A stretch of DNA of 17,785 nucleotides, taken from the NCBI GenBank assembly GCA_963705725.1, contig CAVPKM010000014.1:1-17785 (forward strand). Direction: 5' to 3'. Both the position numbers and the translations under genes were made by a program. The stretch comes from an uncultured Gammaproteobacteria bacterium (lineage in GTDB: Bacteria > Pseudomonadota > Gammaproteobacteria > UBA6002). Positions 11,016 through 17,785 of this stretch are shown here, in pieces (the first letter of the stretch is position 1; every line of letters begins with the position of its first letter). The notes beneath the pieces are model-generated. The model did no database searches and had not been told where the DNA came from. It was given only the letters and a program-made list of their open reading frames with translations.

Positions 11016-11094
11016 AGATGTAGATTTCCCATGTCTAGTCAAGCAGCGTCGTAACCACTACTTTATATCAATATTTAATTTATGTCATGTATTT

Positions 11095-12048
11095 TCACTT
11101 AAACTCGCGTAATTTTTTGAGCAAATTATCAAAGTCTGGTGGCCTTTCTGCCTCGAAATGGTACTCTTCTAAATTGTGGGGATGAGTGAATATGATTTTT
11201 TTAGCATGCAGTGCTTGACGTTTAAATTCTTGTAGTGTCAGACTCAATGCTTCATTTAACGAGGGGTAATTTCGTCGACGGCTGTAAAGTGGGTCTCCGT
11301 GAATAGGATGATTGATATGTGCCATGTGTACACGAATTTGATGTGTTCTACCGGTTTCCAACTCGATTTCCAAATGAGAGTGAGCAATAAATTTCTCCAG
11401 CACTTTATAATGTGTGCGTGAAGGCCGTCCTCCATGCGTTAAAACCGCCATTTTTGTTCTTTGAGTGGGGTGTCGACCGATGGGGCAATCTATCAACCCA
11501 GCTGGCCTTGGATGGCCATTCACGATCGCTTCATAAATTCGATGTATTTGGCGTTGTTGCATTTGTTGTGAAAGCGCGTGATGAGCTTGTAGTGTTCGTG
11601 CTACCAGCAAAAGTCCAGAAGTATCTTTATCTAAACGATGAATGAGGCCCGCTCGTGGTAAATTAGCAAGGTTAGGATCTAAATGTAATAATGCATTAAC
11701 CATGGTTGATCGCGGATTTCCGGCGCCAGGATGCACAATTAAACCAGGGGATTTATTGATAACAAATAGATATTCATCTTGATAGATGATGTTTAAAGGA
11801 ATAGCTTCTGCTTGCCAAGCAATTTGTGCTTCTAGCAACACATCAATTGTTATTTTTTGTCCAGAAATAGCGCGTTCTTTTTGTTTTAAACTAATTCTGT
11901 CATTACTACGTACGGCACCATTTTCAATCCAGGATTGAATTTGAGACCTTGAAAATTCAGGAAATAATTTGGCAAGTGCTTGATCTAATCTTAGGCCAGC
12001 TAGAGTTTCAGGAAGAATAGCACTTAGGTGTAGGCGTTGTTGTGTCAT
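11095..12048 (-). CDS. rluD: 23S rRNA pseudouridine(1911/1915/1917) synthase RluD
   Basis: S4 domain 'RLDQALAKLFPEFSRSQIQSWI', 'INKSPGLIVHPGAG', catalytic 'HRLDKDTSGL', 'ETGRTHQIRVHM' and 'RQALHA'. Divergent from bamD and upstream of pgeF. Confidence 0.97.
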   Translation of the reverse strand: MTQQRLHLSAILPETLAGLRLDQALAKLFPEFSRSQIQSWIENGAVRSNDRISLKQKERAISGQKITIDVLLEAQIAWQAEAIPLNIIYQDEYLFVINKSPGLIVHPGAGNPRSTMVNALLHLDPNLANLPRAGLIHRLDKDTSGLLLVARTLQAHHALSQQMQQRQIHRIYEAIVNGHPRPAGLIDCPIGRHPTQRTKMAVLTHGGRPSRTHYKVLEKFIAHSHLEIELETGRTHQIRVHMAHINHPIHGDPLYSRRRNYPSLNEALSLTLQEFKRQALHAKKIIFTHPHNLEEYHFEAERPPDFDNLLKKLREFK

Positions 12049-12060
12049 AAAATTACCAAA

Positions 12061-12088
12061 TTGACTTTTAGGCCATTCAAATTATAAT
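12061..12088 (+). promoter_or_regulatory. Near-consensus sigma70 promoter for bamD
   Basis: TTGACT (12061-12066), 16 nt spacer, TATAAT (12083-12088), ending 28 nt upstream of the bamD ATG. Confidence 0.65.
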
Positions 12089-12116
12089 CCGACAAATCTA
12101 ACGTATAAGAAAGAAA

Positions 12117-12875
12117 ATGAAAAACAAGAAATTTTTATTAATTCCATTGCTTCTTACCACTTTAATGGGTTGCGCGACTTCTCCGACCGGTTCTGAAGCA
12201 TTCAAAGGCAAATCAGCTGAAGAGATTTATCAAAAAGGGGAGCGTGCTCTCGCAAAAAAACATTTCAAAGAGGCGGTGACAGAGTTTGAAGCATTTGATG
12301 CGTTATACCCTTTTGATTGCAGAGCAGAACAAGCACAAGTCGATCTTATTTATGCCTATTACAAATCCAATGATTTTGATTCTGCCATCGCAGCTGCCGA
12401 ACGTTACCTTCGACTTTATCCAATGAGTTCAAATGTTCCCTATGTTTGTTATCTGCGCGGTGTGGTTAACATGGGGCACAATTTAAGCTGGATATATAAT
12501 GCCTTCCCTTGTGATCCAGCTAAACGAGATTTAGCCACCGCTCAGCTAGCTTTCCAAGATTTTCTGCTGCTAATTAAGCAATACCCTAATTGCATTTATG
12601 CAGATGATGCGCGCAGAAGAATGTTCTATATTAAAGAAATATTAGCCAGGCATGAGTACCAAATAGCGAAATTCTACTTTTTGCGTCATGCTTATGTGGC
12701 GGGTGCCAACCGCGCAAGTTATATTGTACAGCACTTACCCGGAACAAAAGTGGTGCCAGACGCCTTATTAATTATGGTGAAATGTTATCGCGCTTTAGGA
12801 GAGACGGAGTTAGCAAATGATGCTATGCAGGTACTTAAACTCAATTCTATAAGTAATCGCTGTAGCCTGAAGTAA
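12117..12875 (+). CDS. bamD: Outer membrane protein assembly factor BamD (ComL/YfiO lipoprotein)
   Basis: Lipobox 'LMGC' and TPR-like 'YPF..AEQAQ.DLIYAYYK', 'AAAERYLRLYP', 'LARHEYQIAKFY' and 'AYVAGANRA'. Canonical position divergent from rluD. Confidence 0.95.
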   Translation: MKNKKFLLIPLLLTTLMGCATSPTGSEAFKGKSAEEIYQKGERALAKKHFKEAVTEFEAFDALYPFDCRAEQAQVDLIYAYYKSNDFDSAIAAAERYLRLYPMSSNVPYVCYLRGVVNMGHNLSWIYNAFPCDPAKRDLATAQLAFQDFLLLIKQYPNCIYADDARRRMFYIKEILARHEYQIAKFYFLRHAYVAGANRASYIVQHLPGTKVVPDALLIMVKCYRALGETELANDAMQVLKLNSISNRCSLK

Positions 12876-14484
12876 TCGGATACCGTCTATCTCTGCCGAA
12901 TGCTCTTCTGGTAATACGTACGCCGGGAGGAGCTTGACGACGTTTATATTCATTTTTATTTACCATTCTAATTACCATCTTGGTCATCATTTCTTCATAA
13001 CCTAATTTGACAATGGTTTCATAACTCTTATCTTGCTCAATATACAGTTCAAGGATTTCATCGAGTAAGGGGTAGGGCGGAAGAAAATCTTGATCTTTTT
13101 GATTTGGTGCCAGCTCAGCTGTGGGTTCACGTTCAATTACCCTTTTAGGAATAATGGGGGAAAGGCTATTGCGATAATTTGCCAGGTGGTAGACAAGTGT
13201 CTTGAAAATATCTTTTAGCACACAAAAACCTCCGACCATATCGCCATATAATGTTGAATAGCCAACTGACAGTTCACTCTTGTTTCCTGTTGATAGCACA
13301 ATGCTGCCTTTTTTGTTTGAGATTGCCATTAGTAGCATACCGCGGCATCGAGCTTGAAGATTTTCTTCGGTAATATCAGTAGGGTAATTTTCAAATTCAG
13401 TGGCAAGACTTTCTAATGCGGTAGTAAAAAGCTTTTCAATCGATATTTGGGTTGTCTTAACATTTAACATTTGCGCTTGTTTCTTAGCATCCTCTATGCT
13501 TATTGCTTGAGTATACCGTGACGGCATTAGGATGGCTTCTACTCGGTTAGCGCCAATTGCATCGACTGCAATAGCAAGTGTTAATGCAGAATCTATCCCG
13601 CCTGATAAACCCAGCACCGCGCTTGAGAAATGATTTTTTTCAATATAGTCTCGCACACCGAGTGTGAGTGCTTGGTATATCCGTGCTTCCTGCCTAGGGA
13701 GAGCAGGGATTGGCTGTGGCTTAAAAACAATTTTTTTAGTTGTTAAGTCTAGGTAAAACTCTACCGGTATTAAACTTTCCTCGCAAAAAGCTCCACGTGC
13801 TTTTATTGATCCTTGCGAATTCAGCACTAATGAACTTCCATCAAAAACTAATTCGTCTTGACCACCGACACAATTCACATAAAAAATAGGAAGGTTGACT
13901 TCAGTGATTCGCTTTTGGAGCATGCTGGTTCTTGTCTCGTCTTTGTACATATCAAAAGGAGAAGCATTGATGCTGATGATTAGCTCAGCGCCAGCGGCAA
14001 CAGTTTGTTGTATGGGCCCTTCGTGCCATAAATCTTCACAAATCAGCAGCCCAATTCTTAGCCCATGATAGTCTATAACAACAGGGCCAAGGCCGGGCTT
14101 GAAATATCTGACTTCATCGAAAACGCCATAATTTGGAAGGAGCCGTTTTTGATAAGTGTTACAAATTTTCCCGCCACTAATTAAGCTGACGGAATTAAAG
14201 CGGTCAGTTTGGATTTTCTCTGGATAACCAAGTAATAGATCAACGCCATTACAGGCTTGTATAATTTTTTTTAAACCTATATCTAAGCGCTTATACATTC
14301 CATCACGACAATATAAATCTTCAGCCGGATAACCAGTTAGAGAAAGTTCTGGAAAAATAATTAAATCAGCCTGTAGTGTATTTTTTGCAACCCATGCCTG
14401 TTGAATGACTTTTTCAGCGTTGCCTTCAATGTCTCCGACTAAAAAATTTGATTGTGCCATGACAAATCGAAAAGTGGTTTTCAT
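12847..14484 (-). CDS. nadE: Glutamine-dependent NAD+ synthetase
   Basis: N-terminal nitrilase/glutaminase domain ('IFPELSLTGYP', 'YQKRLLPNYGVFDE.RYF', 'ICEDLW') and synthetase domain ('LGLSGGIDSAL', 'ENLQAR', 'TGNKSE', 'GYSTLYGD', 'PTAEL', 'EYKRRQAPPG'). Confidence 0.97.
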   Translation of the reverse strand: MKTTFRFVMAQSNFLVGDIEGNAEKVIQQAWVAKNTLQADLIIFPELSLTGYPAEDLYCRDGMYKRLDIGLKKIIQACNGVDLLLGYPEKIQTDRFNSVSLISGGKICNTYQKRLLPNYGVFDEVRYFKPGLGPVVIDYHGLRIGLLICEDLWHEGPIQQTVAAGAELIISINASPFDMYKDETRTSMLQKRITEVNLPIFYVNCVGGQDELVFDGSSLVLNSQGSIKARGAFCEESLIPVEFYLDLTTKKIVFKPQPIPALPRQEARIYQALTLGVRDYIEKNHFSSAVLGLSGGIDSALTLAIAVDAIGANRVEAILMPSRYTQAISIEDAKKQAQMLNVKTTQISIEKLFTTALESLATEFENYPTDITEENLQARCRGMLLMAISNKKGSIVLSTGNKSELSVGYSTLYGDMVGGFCVLKDIFKTLVYHLANYRNSLSPIIPKRVIEREPTAELAPNQKDQDFLPPYPLLDEILELYIEQDKSYETIVKLGYEEMMTKMVIRMVNKNEYKRRQAPPGVRITRRAFGRDRRYPITSGYSDYL

Positions 14485-14493
14485 CAGTCCTCT

Positions 14494-14862
14494 CTATTCA
14501 ATTAAAAGCAGGGCGATAACATTACGATCTTCAGACATCAATACATTAAATGTTTTGCAAGCGGCTAGCGTATCCATTACCTCAAAGCCTACCTGCTGCT
14601 GATAAAAAAAATGCAGCAAGGCGTGATCTGGAAAAATTAAGCTAGGACCCGTGCCAAGTAGGATCAAATCCGGTTGATGCGCTAGGAGAGGTTTTAAACT
14701 TGTTAAGGTTAATTCGCTGATATTTTTCATTGGCCAGCCAGCTAGTAGGTGGCGACCTAGCAAGAGGCTTTCGGTATAAAATTTTTCATTTATTTTAAAG
14801 ACACCTGGTTCATAAGAATGAATTTCAAAATCTCCATGCCCTTTATCTCGAGTGAGTATCAT
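14494..14862 (-). CDS. Mth938-like domain protein (DUF498 / NDUFAF3 family)
   Basis: 122 aa with 'PDLILLGTG' and 'VGFEVMDTLAACKTFNVLMSEDRNVIALL'. Confidence 0.93.
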   Translation of the reverse strand: MILTRDKGHGDFEIHSYEPGVFKINEKFYTESLLLGRHLLAGWPMKNISELTLTSLKPLLAHQPDLILLGTGPSLIFPDHALLHFFYQQQVGFEVMDTLAACKTFNVLMSEDRNVIALLLIE

Positions 14863-14892
14863 TATTACCTCTTAGATCTTCTATAACCATTG

Positions 14893-14920
14893 ATTGTACC
14901 TTGAAAGCATTGTTTGAAAA
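14893..14920 (-). promoter_or_regulatory. Possible sigma70 promoter for Mth938-like gene/nadE
   Basis: Minus strand TTTTCA, 16 nt spacer, TACAAT, about 30 nt upstream of the ATG at 14862. The AT-rich background lowers specificity. Confidence 0.3.
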
Positions 14921-14967
14921 CCCTAATTTTAGTACCTTATTAGAAGTAAGAAATAAGCGAGTACGAA

Positions 14968-16161
14968 ATGAACGATTTCTATCGAATAGGCCTGTTACCA
15001 CAGTATATCTTCAACGGCTTGGCAGAACTTAAGGACGAAGCAAGGGCGAGGGGGGTGGAAGTAATCGATTTTGGAATGGGAAATCCTGATCAAGCTACTC
15101 CACAGCATATTGTTGAGAGCCTTGTCGATGCGGTAAAAGATCCTGAGAATCACCGCTACTCATTATCAAAAGGCATTGAAGATCTGCGTGTTGCTATCTC
15201 AAAATGGTATCATAAAAAATATGAAGTGACGATTAACCCTCACAAGGAAGCCATTGTGACCATCGGATCAAAGGAGGGAATTGCTCATTTAGCTTTGGCC
15301 ATCATTAATCCTGGCGATAATGTATTGGTTCAAACTCCTGCTTATCCTATTCATGCCTATGCCTTTGTGATTGCGGGTGCAAATGTAATCCCAGTAGCAT
15401 TAAGCGAAAATCTTGGAAAATTATTTAAAAATATTGAATTTGCAATGGAGAATGTCCATCCCACCCCTAAGATATTAGTTTTAAATTTTCCTTCTAATCC
15501 AACCACTCAATGCGTAGATTTAAATTTTTTTAAAGAAGTCATTGCGCTTGCAAAAAAGAAAGGGATTTGGATACTGCATGATCTCGCTTATGCAGATATT
15601 GTCTTTGATCAGTATGTTGCCCCTTCAATTTTGCAGGTGCCGGGTGCTAAAGAAATCGCAGTAGAGTGTTATACCTTATCTAAAACTTATAATATGCCTG
15701 GCTGGCGAGTTGGCTTTATGTGTGGTAATGATAAGTTAATCAGCGCATTAACTAAAATTAAATCCTATCTGGATTATGGCATGTTTACGCCCATTCAAAT
15801 TGCTGCAGTGACAGCGCTTACTAGCGATCAAACTTGCGTTGCAAAAACTTGTAAAGTTTATGAGCAAAGAAGAGATGCACTTTGTCAGGGCTTAATGGCG
15901 AGTGGTTGGCAATTACAAATTCCCAAGGCAGGAATGTTTGTATGGGCAAAAATACCTCAAGCATTTGAACATCTTGGTTCATTAGAATTTTGTAAATACT
16001 TAATTACCAAGGCAGGGGTTTCAGTCTCCCCCGGTTTAGGATTTGGTCTAGAAGGTGAGGGCTATGTTCGTTTTAGTTTGATCGAAGATGTCAATCGAAT
16101 AAAGATTGCAATTGAAAATCTGACACAAGCACTGAAAACCAATCAGCATGCGCTAACATGA
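14968..16161 (+). CDS. alaC: PLP-dependent class I/II aminotransferase, alanine transaminase AlaC-like
   Basis: 'IDFGMGNPD', 'HRYSLSKGI', 'IVTIGSKEGIAHLAL', 'NFPSNPT', 'HDLAYADI', PLP-lysine motif 'TLSKTYNMPGWRVGF' and 'IKSYLDYGMFTPIQ'. Confidence 0.9.
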   Translation: MNDFYRIGLLPQYIFNGLAELKDEARARGVEVIDFGMGNPDQATPQHIVESLVDAVKDPENHRYSLSKGIEDLRVAISKWYHKKYEVTINPHKEAIVTIGSKEGIAHLALAIINPGDNVLVQTPAYPIHAYAFVIAGANVIPVALSENLGKLFKNIEFAMENVHPTPKILVLNFPSNPTTQCVDLNFFKEVIALAKKKGIWILHDLAYADIVFDQYVAPSILQVPGAKEIAVECYTLSKTYNMPGWRVGFMCGNDKLISALTKIKSYLDYGMFTPIQIAAVTALTSDQTCVAKTCKVYEQRRDALCQGLMASGWQLQIPKAGMFVWAKIPQAFEHLGSLEFCKYLITKAGVSVSPGLGFGLEGEGYVRFSLIEDVNRIKIAIENLTQALKTNQHALT

Positions 16162-17126
16162 TAAAAAAAAACCATTCAGTTCATTTGGTATTTCCTGCTT
16201 ATTTAGGGTCTGCCGAACATTTTGTTGCTGAAATTAACGAAGAAGTGGATTCACAGCAAAAATTGCTCCCTGCCAAACAAAGTGTCGTTCCAACCAGCGA
16301 AGCTTTGTTATTTAATTTATTATTTGGTAAATCAAAAACCAAGCTAGGTGACAAGCCAGTTCTACCTTATGCCAGAATATCTGCATTAGGAAATGGGTTA
16401 TCTTTTGAAGAGAATTGGTTACGTTTTGATCCCATAGAATTACAAGTGGATGCAGGCAATATTTTTTTGATTGGCAGAGATCATTTGTGTTTGAATCATC
16501 AAGAAACAACGAGCTTATTGCAGATACTTAACGATTTTCTGCGACAAGATGGTCTCCATATTGTTCCAGGTAAACCTTGCGAATGGTATGTCAAATTGCC
16601 AACTGCCATATCAATCGCGAGCGCTCCTTTTTATAAAGTGCTTGCCAAAGATATTCGCCAGTTTTTACTTGATAAAAATGAAAAACATATTGGAAACAAA
16701 CTGATTACTGAATTGCAAATGCTCCTTTTTACCCATCAAATTAATCAAAGACGGCAGATGAATCAGCAACCTGTTATTAGTAGTGTTTGGCCTTGGGGGC
16801 AAGGCAAACCCATTGATGAATTATTACTGAAAAACTACGATTTAATCCTTTCAGATCATTCCTTGGTAAAAGGAATGCATCAATTGTCAAAACAGGGTAT
16901 TCCCTTAATTACAGAGAATGAACAAGCAATAAATTGCAGTCATCTTGAAGAACCAGGTCAATATTTGATTGCAATTAATCACTTTGAATACCCATTCCCG
17001 GTCATTGCTCATTTTCTTCTCAAACTAATAGAAAAAATTAAATCTCGTTCATTAAAAGAGCTAAATATCTATCTTGGTAGTGGTAATCAACTGCAATGGC
17101 GTCTTAGAAAACGCTTCTTTTATTAA
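16158..17126 (+). CDS. RpfE-type / phosphoglycerate-mutase-like conserved hypothetical protein
   Basis: 'WLRFDPIELQVD' and 'LITELQMLLFTHQINQRRQMNQQPVISSVWPWGQG' match my recollection of the family motif (WLRADP...; LLNE.QMLL..HP.N..R....P.NS.W.WG.G), which is often found directly upstream of recJ. ATGA overlap with alaC. Confidence 0.75.
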   Translation: MIKKNHSVHLVFPAYLGSAEHFVAEINEEVDSQQKLLPAKQSVVPTSEALLFNLLFGKSKTKLGDKPVLPYARISALGNGLSFEENWLRFDPIELQVDAGNIFLIGRDHLCLNHQETTSLLQILNDFLRQDGLHIVPGKPCEWYVKLPTAISIASAPFYKVLAKDIRQFLLDKNEKHIGNKLITELQMLLFTHQINQRRQMNQQPVISSVWPWGQGKPIDELLLKNYDLILSDHSLVKGMHQLSKQGIPLITENEQAINCSHLEEPGQYLIAINHFEYPFPVIAHFLLKLIEKIKSRSLKELNIYLGSGNQLQWRLRKRFFY

Positions 17127-17165
17127 TCTCATGCTGAAAATTACTTTTATTTAAGAGAAAAGGGA

Positions 17166-17785
17166 ATGAAAAAAAAAATAATTAGAAGGCAGGTGCCAGC
17201 GTTACCTTCCTGCTTAGACGCCAACCCCTTGCTTCATCAAATTTATGCATCAAGAGGCGTGACGTTGATTGAAGAGTTAGAAAAAGAATTAGAAAGGCTG
17301 GCACCTTTTGGTCTGCTTGCCAATATCAATTCTGCGCTTGATTGTTTAATAGAAGCGATTCAATTGAAGCACTCCATTATGATAGTGGGAGATTTCGATG
17401 CAGATGGAGCAACAAGCACAGTATTAGCGGTAAATTTTTTACAGCAGCTAGGGGCGAATGTCTCTTATCTCGTTCCTGACCGCTTTAAATTTGGTTATGG
17501 GCTATCACCAGAAATTGTGGAAGTGGCTGCAGCTTCAAATCCCAACCTTATTATTACGGTGGATAATGGTATTTCTAGTTTTGAAGGGGTGTTATCTGCA
17601 AAAAAGCGAGGAATACGCGTCTTAATAACCGATCACCATTTGCCTCCTTCTGTCCTACCTGAGGCGGATGCCATCGTGAATCCTAACTTAGAGGGAGATA
17701 GTTTTCCAAGCAAAAATTTAGCAGGAGTAGGGGTGATTTTTTATGTCATGTTGGCCCTTCGTGCGCGTTTGCGAGCGGAAAAATG
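17166..17785 (+). CDS. recJ: Single-stranded-DNA-specific exonuclease RecJ (3' end runs off the window)
   Basis: Not in the ORF track. Manual translation from ATG 17166 gives MKKKIIRRQ...IYASRGV...'IVGDFDADGATS', 'VPDRFKFGYGLS', 'ITVDNGI', DHH motif 'ITDHHLP', 'IVNPN' and 'LAGVGVIFY'. RBS-like AGGG immediately upstream. Confidence 0.97.
   Translation, partial: MKKKIIRRQVPALPSCLDANPLLHQIYASRGVTLIEELEKELERLAPFGLLANINSALDCLIEAIQLKHSIMIVGDFDADGATSTVLAVNFLQQLGANVSYLVPDRFKFGYGLSPEIVEVAAASNPNLIITVDNGISSFEGVLSAKKRGIRVLITDHHLPPSVLPEADAIVNPNLEGDSFPSKNLAGVGVIFYVMLALRARLRAEK

Noticed and set aside
11016-11094. Small RNA or PmrA/CpxR-type regulatory site in the rluD-pgeF spacer
   Set aside because: Only 79 bp, with no stable hairpin or terminator and no adequate match to those direct-repeat consensus sequences.

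Overview
AT-rich gammaproteobacterial chromosomal segment made almost entirely of core envelope and housekeeping genes. The gene order is most reminiscent of Legionellales/Coxiellales, which is an inference from recalled synteny. Minus strand: lptA (partial)-lptC-kdsC-kdsD. Plus strand: mlaFEDCB-murA-Nif3/YbgI-orphan. Minus strand: degQ/degP-pgeF-rluD. Then bamD (+), glutamine-dependent nadE and an Mth938-like gene (-), and alaC, an RpfE-type protein and partial recJ (+). Two things stand out. (1) A 430-aa orphan (7595..8887) with about 8 hydrophobic segments, three histidine clusters, intramembrane His/Glu residues and an acidic C-terminal tail carrying eukaryote-type sorting motifs. It is a candidate novel metal transporter or host-targeted secreted effector. 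(2) A ~3.5 kb block (~1570..5050) in which kdsD and mlaF/E/D/C keep full length but carry many small indels. This is most likely a locally unpolished long-read assembly rather than true decay. No RNA genes, mobile elements or CRISPR arrays were seen.
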